Of a stretch of DNA of 64,000 bases, positions 37,416 to 50,151 are shown piece after piece (position 1 is the stretch's first letter; each line of letters opens with the position of its first letter). The notes under the pieces were generated by a model. It was not told the origin of the DNA, ran no database searches, and saw only the letters and a program-made list of their open reading frames with translations. Source of the stretch: Tubulanus polymorphus (Eukaryota; Animalia; Nemertea); contig NW_027437456.1 of assembly GCF_964204645.1 (NCBI RefSeq), positions 38,001-102,000 of the forward strand, read 5' to 3'. A program made the translations under genes and the position numbers.

Positions 37416-40400
37416 TTAACACGTTAGAATTCTTTTCCTTATCTCGTTCTCTTTTGTTTCTTCTCTTTTAAATTTTAAGTATTCATCTAAATTACAACCA
37501 TATGCAACTGTATGAATTCCATCATCTAAAATATATCTTTTATCATCAAATGGGTTTAGACTTATCTTTTCAATTTCTTCAATAAACATTTCATGATCTT
37601 CAGATCTTAAACATCTCATCTTATGTTTTCAAACTTCTTCATTGAATATACAATTGATGTAATCTTTGAAATGAATAGTCTTTTCTACTACACTTTTGGT
37701 TATTCCTTTTAACTTTTTAGCTTCATGTTCTTTAGTTTTATATGAATACATTTTAGATCTAATACCAACGAACTCTATCATTTCTTCACCACCTAACTCA
37801 TCCTTAAACTTCCCTGGAACTTTTTTATTATCATCGCTAAACAATTCATGAGTTTTAGAATAATTGCTGAAATCAAAATGATGTTTTGATGTTTTTAAAT
37901 CATCAGTTATGTTATCAGTTTTTATCTTTAATATGTAACTGTCGGTATCAAAATATAAGATTTCTATATGCTTTTCTCCAAAATGAGGTTGTAATATGTT
38001 ATAATAAAATTCATACATTAGTAATTTTGATAATTCTAAAACTGAAGCGCCAACATAGATTGGTTTATTAAATTTCATTGATGTTCTTCTCATCTTAACT
38101 GCAGCTAAATTTTCATCAAATATTCTGTTACCAATGAACTTAGGATATGATTGTAAATGTCTAATTCTTTTACCATTACTGACTAACTCAATATCATTTC
38201 TATTTCTAATATTTTCACAAGTCTTACCATAGAATGCATTATTCATTAACTTGAAGAAATCTTTTTCGAAATCAGTTTTAGCTTCAGTTCTCTGTTTGGT
38301 GTTAAAATCTATATATTTTTCTAACCACTTAGATTGGCTAAATGAATATATCTATGTACTTTTTTTAGAACCATTCCTTGATTCAAATAAAACTTTAACA
38401 TTCTGTAATGTACTACATAATTATATTTATCTTCTTGAGTTACCATTAACTTTTCTGTATGAATATGATTTTCAGGTTTAATTCTTTTTTGATAATTTGA
38501 TAATTCTTCATGAGTTACAGTTTTATGTTCGGGACAGTAAGCTAGATTTCTAGATTTAAATTTAATATGTTCAGGATATTCTAAATCTACAACAAAGAAG
38601 TAACCAGTATCTGAATCATCTGCAATATCTAGAATTCTTTTCTTCCAATCAAATTTATCATTATTTTCATTCTGTAAAACTTCAGTTAATTCAAATACTC
38701 CATAAGGTTGTGGTTCCATCATTGCCCAACCATACAAATTATTTGCATCTATATATAATAACTTATATCCAGGGTTATCATTTACATTGAAATATCTATC
38801 ACCTAATACACCTGAAACTCCTCCTCTTATAGATTTTTCAAATAATAATAATTGATCTATATTTGTTAACAAATCCATTTTTATATTTGTAAATTTTAAT
38901 CCACAATCCCATGTTAACCCTGGTGATGAATAACAATGACATGGATCAATATTGAAATATTTTAGGTTTACATCTCTAAACCTTTCGAATATATCCGATA
39001 ATAATAATACATCTGATTTTAAATATAAATCTACTAATTGCCCATGATTTTCTATTTTGAAATGATTCCAAATATTCAATGTTCTATTATATACTTCATC
39101 TTTAACATATTCATTTTTTAATTCATCATAAAATTGTTCTTTTATTAATTCAGTTATGTTAAAATCATTATGTGATTTATAGAAAGAATATGGAATTGCT
39201 CCTTTATATCTCATTAATTGGAATTCATCATTATTTGGGTAATGTTGCTTTAATATTTTTAATTCATCATCAACTAATGATTTTGATAAGTTATCTAATG
39301 AACTATTTAAAAATCTATATGAATCTATAAATCTTAGGCAACCAAATTGGAATGATATATAATTCTCAGATGTTTTAGCTAACATTTTAAATTTATAAGT
39401 TGGTATTTTATCTTTTGATCTATTTGAATTTAATATTTCTATTTCATTATTGATTTCTTCTATTTTATGACATAACTGTTTGATGAATAAATGAGCATCA
39501 TATCCTGATAAATTATGAAATATTACTGGTACAAAATTAATTTTCTTAGTTTGTAAGTTACAATTCTCATGTGCAGCGCCTCTAAACTTCAAATGATCAT
39601 GGTCTCTTACTTTTTTATCTTTATAATTAAATATCTTTTCACAATAATAACATTTATCTGCAAACGCAAATGCTTCTTTAACTTCTTCTGTCATTATAAT
39701 ATCTATATTTGTATTCAATAATTTACTAAATGTTATTTCATATTCAATTAATAAGTCACAAAAATGATTGATAACATTTTCATTTCTGTAATGATAATAT
39801 TCACTTTCAATTAGTTCTGGATAATCAGATTTTATATATAACCCGAAAGCTGCAGCTGATTGATGAATCTTTTTAATTGTATTTGTTTTTGGTGTTTCAT
39901 CTGAAAAATCATTTTCATTAGAATTTAAGTTCTTTCTTTTATAATATATTTTATTTCTATCTTGATCAGTTAATTCTTTATTTAATGATTCAAAATCTCC
40001 ATATATTACAAATGGTACTTTATTTTTGTAATCATATTTTTTGAATTCTAATATTTTATCCTTTTCATTTGGTAAAACTAATTAAAAATAATCAAGATTT
40101 TCGCATAATTGTTTATGATTTAATAATGTACTTTCATTACTGAATCTATGTAAACATTTTCTACATAGATATATTTTATTATGGTGATCACTTTCTGTTC
40201 TAAAGAATAAATCTATTTGTTTAATCCACATATAATGATTCTCATAATATAATATATCTATAACATCATTTGAATCATAATCTTTTGATAGGTATAAAGG
40301 TTCTAATGTATAATGTTTTATGTTGTTACCTTTTGTATTTGGTAATTTGATTAAATCAAATACATTTATTCTTAAATTATTATCTCTCTATTTTTGGGAT

Positions 40401-41453
40401 GTTTTTAATTATAACAGGATACTTATCTATATTATAATTATTTTCAAATGGTTTATAATGAGTTAATCTAAAACTATGTTGTTTATAATCTTCAACTGGA
40501 TGTAAACAACTTATTATAGCCCATAGAAAACATTTATCATCTTCATTTTGTACACTTATAACAGCATTAGTTTTAAATGGTAGTTTAATATAACTTGATG
40601 CTTCAATATCTGGTTCTTTATAATATGATACATTATTTTCATCAATTGGTTTTGATTTAGTTAACTTATTATATTTTGTGTTATAAACATGTAAAGTCAT
40701 AAATATTATTTCATCAAATATTAAACCAGATCCTTCAAAATATTTCTCTTCTATTTTAGTTTTTACGTCATTATAACATTTATCTAATTTATCATCTTTA
40801 ATATGTTGTTTTGAAATAATATGTTGTGAATGAGAATTTATATTATATATTGGTTTATCTTCAGATTTTATAAACTTTACTTTAACTGATATACTTATTT
40901 TAGGATATTCAACATCAGTTATTATTTTTATTATTTCTTTCATATTTTCTAAATGTTTTTTATTTTCTTCTAATGTTTTTCCTTTATGAAATTTAAACTC
41001 GATAGCTGCTGGGCCAATATCACTTTTAAATGCTTCGGTTATCTCTATATCTTTTTTATTATCTAATGAATTAATATATTTTCTTACATCTTCCATGTAT
41101 GGTCTTTTATTGTTTAATTTATTTTTTATGCTTTTAATTGTCTTCTGTTTCTTATCACTATCTTTATCAAGATAATCTTCACCTAAAATATCATTATTCT
41201 TATTTCCAATATGACTTTTAGATTTTAAATGTTCTTTATAATATCTTTTATCACTGAATGATTGATTACATGTATCACATTCGTATGTTTCTTTTTCATT
41301 CTTTAATTCTTCTAATTTAGTTTCTAATATATCATCTTTATATTCTAGTTTCAATTTATTCTCTAAATGTGTTTTAGTTTTATTGTGTCTTGCTTTTTGG
41401 GATCTATCTATATTGATATTACATGTTGGGCAGTAGTTCTTATTTGCTTCCAT
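37416..41453 (-). pseudogene. polB: Protein-primed family B DNA polymerase (pPolB), multiple frameshifts
   Basis: N-terminal zinc fingers, NEDDKCFLWAI (OTU-like), YGDFES exo I, RDHDH..RGAAHENCN (Endo VII-like insert), FHNLSGYDAH, YIDANNLYGWAM, KLMNNAFYGKT, YFDTDS, LNPFDDKR. Confidence 0.96.
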
Positions 41454-41971
41454 TTTAATACTAAATTTTTTATTAAAATTGATTTTAGAAGTTCAATGAT
41501 TTATATCATACATTATTTCAATCACACTTTACTAACACTTTTAATGTTTAAAAATCTAACTCACACAAATATGAATATTGAAATAATGTTGTAAATATAT
41601 ACTTTTATATCTATTCAATAAGAGCTCACACTTTTATATTGAATAATCTATCAATTTATATGTTATTCATATATATTTTATTCATGTATATAAATATTTT
41701 AAGAGTAATAGGGATAATAGGCTTTCAAGCTAAAGGTTGAACGGGCGGGTGAGTAAAAAATGAAAAACATGAAAATAATAACAATTTCTACTTGAATTAG
41801 GAGTGAAACTCATAAAAATGAAAAATAAATTCGAGAGTGTGAGAATTTATTTTTCATTTTTATGAGTTTCGCGAGTAATTCAAGTAGAAATTGTTATTAT
41901 TTTCATGTTTTTCATTTTTCACGAGCTCGACCGTTCGACCTTTGGCTTGAAAGTCTATTATCCCTAATACT
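41449..41971 (-). repeat. Polinton right TIR, containing a 268-bp terminal hairpin at 41704-41971
   Basis: agtaatagggataataggctttcaagc...gcttgaaagtctattatccctaatact around the loop gagagtgtga. Confidence 0.95.
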
Positions 41972-43218
41972 CATCGCTTCGAAAGGCCGACCTACGTCCG
42001 GCTTTAAGTTACTGCGGAGGACCAGAAATATCTTCTTTTTCGCTCAAAAGACCTTTCTCTTGATATTTCGTCGGAACAAAATTTATTTCGTTCGAACTAA
42101 TAATATTCTGTTCGATTCAACCAATTTGAAAAAATCGTTAGAACAAAGTTGAACAAACTTTTCTGTCCAAACAAAAGGTTTTTCGTTCGAACGATCGTTC
42201 GATCGAACAGGATCGTTTTAATTTGAACAGAATTTTCTTGTCAGATCATTAAGTTTTTCGTTTGAACAAGTATATTGTAAAACGTTTTTTCTCCGAACCG
42301 AAAGTAGTCCGTTCAATTGAAAAGAATTGTTTTCATCCAAACATTCGTTCGAAAAAAATTGTTTTCACTCAACCAAATTTTTTTCCGGGACAAAAAGTTG
42401 TTCATTTCAACAATAACATAGCTTTTTATTTCAAACACATTTTTTTTCAGAATGAAGAAAAGTTTTTGCTCAAACAAAAAGCGTATTGTTCGATCAAATA
42501 GAATTGTTTTCATTCGAACAAGATTTTCTTGTCGGAACATTAAGTTTTTGGGTCAAACAGCGTGTTATGGTCGTTTTGGTAATTTACTCGGTCTGGTATA
42601 TTTTGGATTACTGTGTATGTCATTTGTCAGGACATTAAACAGAAGACGACTTAGGATACTACCTTGCGTGACTCCACTAGTTAGACCGACTTATTCCAAG
42701 GTGAGGCGTTCCGTTGATTTCGGGTACAAGTTTTCGTTCAGAGATAACTGCTGAGCCATTTGGGCGACCTATCATTGATACTGTTTCCTAATAGCCTGTT
42801 TAGTAATGGCTGATGTTGTGCCTTATCAAATGTTTTGTCGAAATCCACCGTTGAACAGCATTCTAAGACTGTGCAGAAAACCCATTATCGCTGCTTTGCA
42901 GTTATATTTTCAATTAGATTTGTACAGGACTATTTTACCTGTTGAGATACAAGTTAAATATCTTCATAGATGTAAATGTTTTGAAGTTGCTGTTGCTGTT
43001 TCTTGCATGCATTGATACAAACTATTGAATCGCTTATTGTTGTATGTGAACTGCAAAAGATAAATCATTTACTAAGATTAAATGTTTCATCAAAAGATAA
43101 ACTTGATTGTTGGACTCAAATTACATGAAAATTGTGAATAGAAAATATAGTCGGTATTTCGTGAGAATCTCGGATCAGCATTCATCAATTGAGTATGTAA
43201 ATATCGTGTGAGAGTGAT

Positions 43219-43797
43219 TTTTCCCACCTACAAATGATTACTGACGACAACAAGATGACTGCCGTCATAATTGGTTTATCGAAAATACCTTTCTCAGGTA
43301 TAAAACATCCTTTTCCAAAGAATACCGATCACAAATTGCAATGAGAAAAAGCAAACCAGTAGGAAGCTCCAGGACTCAGACTTGGGGCCAAAATTGACAT
43401 TTTTGGGAACTAAAAAGGTCATAGGACAACGATCTTGAGTCTTAATTGACCCAATTTTTCTTATGTTGATGGGCCCTTGTGGGACTCAAATATATACGAA
43501 AGATCAAGGTAATTGATCAAAGCGTCTACAAAATTTCCCTCAAAAATGTGTACAAAGTGCTGATTTTAGCGAAAAACAATGGTTGCCAGTCAGCCATTTT
43601 GATTCTGACAGGGCCAGTTTTTGGGCTGAAGTAGTGTCTAGGGTAGTTAAATGTGTAATCCAAATATCAAGACATTACATTGAAGCGTCTTTAGAACTTC
43701 CCAAAATAACTGGATTCTGTCTACGGACGGACAACCGGACTGACGAAAAGTGAACGCAATATAGCCTGCTGCAACTAAAGTCCCAAGTGGGCTAAAA
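43219..43797 (-). mobile_element. Truncated DINE-1-like non-autonomous Helentron (same family as 53186-54253)
   Basis: Homologous to 53691-54253, including ggac repeats and the terminus gtcccaagtgggctaaaa. Confidence 0.8.
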
Positions 43798-44844
43798 AGT
43801 AATAAAATCCACTGTCAGAAGAATACTTTTGAGAAGACAGTGTTTTTTCTAGAAAAAGAAAAACAAATTCTTGATTAACATACCCATTTTAGTGATTGTC
43901 CCGCCCAAGAAAATGTTTTTCTTTTGGCATGCCCTTGAAATAATGACCTTAATCTACTTTCAGTAACTTACTTTTTCTCGAATTGTCATATCGATGCATC
44001 TTCTTCAATATGAAAGGCCATGTACAAGAAGCTGGTGAATGATGTGTAGTCAATGCAGCATTATTAATGTGACATAGACCAACAAAGTTACATTGCATAT
44101 AATTGTCCATTTAGGTTAGACAGCTATTCTTCAATGGGCAGTATCTGTCCATTGAAATTGAATTCTGGTATCTTGGTGACATTTGATACAATTAGGGTTG
44201 GTAAAAGTTGATGATCCTCTAAGCAAGGTTAATGTGTTTGATAATTCATTGTCTGGAAATAAATATTCAATCATTGGTCATTTCATATGAATCAAAATTA
44301 AAATTATTGTTTAAAGTTATATGCAATTTCATCATTTAAATAACAACTGAATCATTTAAACATGATGAGCCAAGGCAAAACTAATATAAACAGGTGATAA
44401 TTTCTAAGTAATTATGATTCGTATAGTGTATCATTACATTATGTGATTGATATATATTATCAATTTAATTATTTTGTGTGCAGGTTTATGCATCATCTGT
44501 GGTATAATAGCATAGATCTTAATTTCATAACAACCATATCAATAAAATAATGTATGAATAATTCACATTAAAAAGTCACGCAGTGTGTCTTAACAGTAGT
44601 ATCATTTATCAATACTTGTGTATTGAACAGTCAATTGTAATTACCTTATGTTGACAGAAAATGGTTATTTTGTGATTAACCTCCATTTCTGTTCAATCAA
44701 GATTCATTAGTTAACATCTAAATTAGATATCTTCAGGCAATATCAACAGGCTCTGTCTTAAAATACATTATATAGTAACAGGATTACAAATGGATGGTCA
44801 TTGTGAACATGTTGTTTAGGCGCTTTCATTCTTGTTTACAAATA

Positions 44845-47102
44845 CTAGATCATTTCATTACAGTGGAATCCTAGGGAAATAATATTGTGATGACTGTAGA
44901 AAGTTGGTATTATATAAAAGTGTGGTCGGCCAAAACCAGTGACATAGACATGATCAACAAGTGTACCAGCGTTGGTAGTTGGCAAAGTAACACATTGTGC
45001 ATATCCAAATGTTTCAAGCATATTTGCAACACTGGAAGATATTAATATATTTTCATTGAAATCACCAACAATAGCTATTTTATCAGAGTGAGCTTTTAAT
45101 TCACGAATAACATTTCTCAGAGCCAATTTGAATTGGGTTACATTGTATGAAGATGGACGGTATATGACAGCAAATGCTATTCCGGTCTTGTGATCCTTTA
45201 TGGCCAAACATTCAATATTATTTGTTTGAAGTGGAATCTGGTCATAATGTGATGTAATTTTAGCATAAATACCGACACCACCGTGAATCTGTGTTTTCAG
45301 TACATGTTGAATATCGTAACTCATAGATCTTGTCTGATGGTGGAAGTTATACCCTTGAATGTCGACTCTGTTGGGATCATCAGTTAACCAGGTTTCAGTG
45401 ATACAAATATAATCTATTCCAGAAAGCCTTTCATCATTGGCAATATCATTATGGTGGGCAGGTAAACCTTCAGTATTATGTAAAGCCATAGTGGGGGTAC
45501 ACTCGTTACATAGATCATTTTCAGTTTGTAAAAAAGGAGTCATATTCTCAATGCTAGGTTTAATGAGCTCATTGCAAAAAATTGCCTTGGGCGAATAATC
45601 TTCAAGAATTAAACCTTCAATAGATGTCACTCGACTCAGTGCTACGTATGCTTGACCAGGTGAGAAGATCTTTTTCAAAGAAACTACTGCATTTTGTGTT
45701 GTGACTCCTTGAACTTTATGAACTGTACAGGCCCAAGCTAATTTCAATGGGAATTGCCGACACGCGCCTTTATTTTTCATCGCTGATTCCTCAACTCGTA
45801 CCATTGGTGTATTATTTTCAGGCAAATTAGAAACATTAGAGGTACTACGTAGTTCCTGACCAATTTTTTTATCATCAAAAATCACATATACCGTTGTACA
45901 TTCGTGGTCATCATCAAATGATATATGCGACACAGTGGCAAGAACTCCATTGACTAATCCATCTGAAACATTGATAATTTTAGTCAGCATTACTCTTGCA
46001 TTTTAGCCAATAATAAGCTTTTTGTTAGTGACATGTTTTTATTGCTTATGTGGTAGTTAACTTTTTTTTATCAATCTGCCAGTTCTTGGATCTTTAGTCA
46101 AATCATGTAAAGCAATTACAACAATGTCAGTGCAGTTTTCTGTCAACATGGCAGTATTAACGTCGTCCGCTTGTTTGTTCGTTGAGTAAATACCTAAAGC
46201 AATAGTACTGCTTTCACCTGTAATTCTGTCTTTCATGGATTTGTCATCTGTATCTGATAGCACGTCTTGTTTCTTTTTTGTTCTTAGTCGATTCAACATC
46301 GCTGCAAATTCACTGCCTTTTTGTCGCATTATTTCTCGTAATCCTACAATTTCAAATACGTTAGTCCATAAATCAACACCATTATCAGGCGGAGAATACA
46401 GAGGTTTACCTTTGACTGGAGGCAGTTGATAGAAATCACCGACAGCTATAACACTGACATTACCAAATGGAGGATAATCAGGACATTGTTTTATTTGCCT
46501 CAATCTTCCGTGTACATAACCAGGCATTTTATGATCAACCATAGATATTTCATCAATTATCACTATTTGGAGACTGTTGAATTTCACATGTAATTCTGAT
46601 ATTTTGTCATCACTCAAAGGCACATATGGTAATTTTACTGTGATGTTAATGGCAAAGGTATTATGAATTGTAGTCGCACCGATATTGTATGCGGCGACAC
46701 CTGTTGGTGCAGTCAAACAAACAGTTACATCATCAGGGTTTTGGCAGTTGGTGCAAGAATTTGTGATGCCTCATAATTGATGGCCTTAATCAAATGTGAT
46801 TTACCTGTACCGGCTCCACCAGTTAAGAATATATGAAATGGTTTAGGGTTGTGACCATTACGAATGTCAATACACCACTGTCTTACTTTATAGAAGACCT
46901 CTTTCTGCTGATTGTTCAATGATCGAATTATTTTCCATGCAGTGTCTTTTGAGATGGATGAATTTGAATTCTCTATTGCATTGTCTCCTGGTGATTTTTT
47001 CTGTGGTATTCTGTACATCAGGTATATCATTAGGGTCATTTTCATCGTCATCGTGGGTATTAGATTGAGATTCAGCAATAGCCTCATGTCTTTCATGTTC
47101 AC
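44845..47102 (-). pseudogene. PIF1-family helicase fused to an AP-like (EEP) endonuclease
   Basis: GGAGTGKS, IIDEISMV, GDFYQLPPV, QFPLKLAWACTVHKVQG, GQAYVALSRV; then ITETWL, GGVGIY, IYRP, GDFN, VDHVY, SHH. Confidence 0.95.
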
Positions 47103-49830
47103 ATTCCGGTGCTATTTGAGTCCACGCATCCTCGTACTCATCATTTGTATTCAACATTTCTTGCGCCATGTCAAATGTTTCAATATCTGCTTCAAACCAA
47201 CTACAATGTTTGTCTACAATATGCTTAACAGCTGTTAATGGTGCTAAACCTATACATACATGTCCTGTTTCATAGAATACTTCGAATGTTTCAATACCGG
47301 GTGGTTTTAATTGTTCATCACAACGATATGGTAGAAATAATTGTAGACTTGTTAGATAATGTTTTTCAGGTTGTTTTGTTTTTGAGAATCTAGCATACCT
47401 GACAACTGCTGGAACTGTGTTGGTTCTTTTTCTGATATATCCACTCTCATTTTTCAATGCTATGCTGCTTTCATTCACTTGAGATTTCGCAAGAACCCGA
47501 TATTCAGAGCAGAATTGAGCCAGACACATTTGTTCAAATTCGTCATCATCTGGTCGATTTTGATATCGTTTACGATGCCAGTCATCCATACATCATCATC
47601 AGTCAAATCCTTAATCGCACTTTTAGATTGTAATACACTTAGTGGTTTACTAAATTCTATGATATTGTCACCTGTAGGTATAAATTGAACATAAATCGAG
47701 ATCCTTCTTTCTTTTTAAGATTACAAACTCGATACACTGCTTCTTGAGCTGACACCTTACGATTATGGAGATAAGTTTATCCTAAAGATTTCATGGCTTG
47801 TTTTGCGCTTTGATTATTATCTGCGGCCTCTGCTCTTGTCTGTTCTAATAAAAGACCCATTTCTCGTTCACTCTTTGAGATATACGATAAAATATATACT
47901 ACACATGCAAATGCATCAGTCACATACTGGATGTCCATGTTAGCCTGCCAGGCTCTCAATAATGAAGGATTATATTGATTTACCCAAAATGCATTTGTTC
48001 TTTTTTCAAAACAACACTATTCTTTCGTGATTAACAACGATAAGCTTCTTCAAACATATCTTGCGTGATATTAATTGATCTGAATAGTGATTCTGTAGTT
48101 GTTAAATCAGTATCTTCTTTGTTCATCAATTCCCACACATTTTGCAATATCTCTTTCGCTTGATCAGGGCTCATTGCATTGCTAGCTGCCTCAAATCGTG
48201 CATCTGATGTTTCTTCATTATTTGATGCATTAGTAGGTGGTGGTTCATATCTTTCTTGAGTCAAAAATGTTTGTAATGAAGGATTCTTTGGGAAATTAAA
48301 CCTACATTTAGTGCCTTTTTACGGCATGTTTTTGAGTGTTTTTTTGCTGTGCATCTGGACGCTGGTTGCAGTTTCATGTAGTTCAGGATCTTCAGATTGA
48401 TCAGGTAATTTACAGGTAATATATTGATCTACAAATGAAGTCACATCAGCGTCGTCATCAATTCCTGATTTAGGTGCATCTTTTACCCATATTAGTGCAT
48501 GGACATGAGGGCTGCCTCTCATCTGGAATCAACTCGAAAGAAATAGTCTTGAATATCACCAATAGGTTGCGCTGGGGATTTGATAACATCATTAAGGAAT
48601 GTATGAAATCTGTGATCGAACATACGTGCAGCAGTGACAGGATTGCGTCTCAAAATACCACATTTTTCAGACCATGACAATTCGCTAACTGATTTATTGT
48701 ATCCATCGATTCGCATTATAGCATGTAAATGTTCATCCCATCTCACTCAGTTCAGCGGCTGAAAATGACACAAAAAAAGTGGGGACACCTAATTGTCGAA
48801 CCATACCCAATAAGTCTTTTTGAGCAGCTTGCCAAAATAGTGGCATTCCTCTTATTGGTTTTAAAAACTTGAAACCATCATTATGCTCAAAGATATCATT
48901 TACATCATTCAGATTTCGTAGCCTATCCAATCCAACACTGAATTGCCGGGTGCTATCTTTCACTCCTTTTCGTAGTGCTGTCGATACATTTGATGCAACC
49001 TGATTTACTTCCGACAAAAATTCTGAAGCGTTCATCAATCGAGTATGTACATATCGTGCAAGAGTGATTCTGTCACCCCGAACATCATGATAAGTGAATC
49101 TTCCAATAGGAAACAATATGGGGAATGATTTTGCTTCATTTTCTTTGTCAGTTAATACTTGTATTGGGCTATTATTTTCAGCTGGTGCCAGACACAAAAT
49201 ATCATTGAAGTATGCATCAAGAATTTCTTGACCAATATCAATTGGTTGTAGACATGAATTCATATACATTCCGTGTAGATCTTCTGCATCAGTTTCTTCC
49301 TGTGAATCAGTTACATTTGTTTCCTTATCTGTTTTACTCTTTTCCACAAATCCACTCAGCTTTCCTCTATATTGGTTGACAATTCATCAGTTGACAGCAC
49401 TTCAGATTCTGATTCTTCATCAATTCTTTGGAGACAATTTGTCCAGTCATGGTTCAGTTCAATGTCACGATAGTGTTTAATTGATGGATTTTAAAGTGAT
49501 GAGAGCATCCATAAATTTTTTCTGATCAACAAACTGATACTGATAGTGACCCTTGTATGTCAGTTTGCGTTTCAATTTAACTTTTGTCATTTGATCATCG
49601 CATGAATTGCGAGGTAAAATGCTGGTAGTTTTTTTCAAATCACTTGGCACACACACAACAGGCCCATGACAACCATGCTGTCCATCCTTGGGTAAAGCGA
49701 TCATCTTAATAAAGGGAATGTTTATTGCAATAAGATGCTGTTCCAGTGGATTCAGATGTGTTGATTCTTTGGGAACTGTATCTAACTGCAAATTATTGCA
49801 AGCAGCCTCACATGGTATCTTTGCCACCAT
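46888..49830 (-). pseudogene. Helitron Rep region and upstream DUF6570-like region of copy B
   Basis: [36 protein letters not shown]. Confidence 0.92.
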
Positions 49831-50151
49831 TAACTTTTAAATTCACTGATCACGTAATTTATGTCTTTCTTATTAAATTTTTCATTTTCACGACGTGATC
49901 TTGTGGAGGCAACAACAATGTCCTTGATTTTTGGATCATTTGCATACTTGTTCATGCTTAGACTTTTGACGTTATTGCGATGTCGTTCATCATTCTGATA
50001 TTTTTCAACACTGTAAGCTTTGACTTGGTTCCGATGCTGTTCATCAGTTCGATATTTCTCAACATTATAAGTATTGACCTGGTTGCGACGCCGTTCATCT
50101 TGTATGTATTTCTGAATACTACAAAACTTGGCATTATCTCTGAACTCAATA

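Larger units (their letters stand above)
24449..41971. mobile_element. Full-length Polinton/Maverick (adintovirus-like endogenous virus), 17.5 kb, decayed
   Basis: AG...CT termini, long TIRs and a perfect 6-bp TSD CATCGC (24443-24448, 41972-41977). Contains pPolB, rve integrase, A32-like ATPase and capsid genes. Visibly AT-richer than the flanks. Confidence 0.97.
24145..42003. mobile_element. PIF/Harbinger-like MITE (about 330 bp: 24145-24448 plus 41978-42003) split by the Polinton insertion
   Basis: TIRs agccggacgtaggtcggc / gccgacctacgtccggct, flanked by TTA on both sides (24142-24144, 42004-42006). Confidence 0.85.

Noticed and set aside
37416-41453. Programmed frameshifting or an alternative genetic code explaining the broken ORFs
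   Set aside because: Breaks are scattered across all elements and include deletions and a lost start codon, consistent with decay. Some homopolymer breaks could be sequencing errors.
24449-41971. Bacteriophage/prophage or contaminant
   Set aside because: The 6-bp TSD, rve integrase with chromodomain and nesting within a eukaryotic MITE identify an integrated Polinton.
42012-42570. ttcgttcgaac-rich tract as a defined element
   Set aside because: Probably a MITE remnant, but matching termini or a TSD could not be identified.
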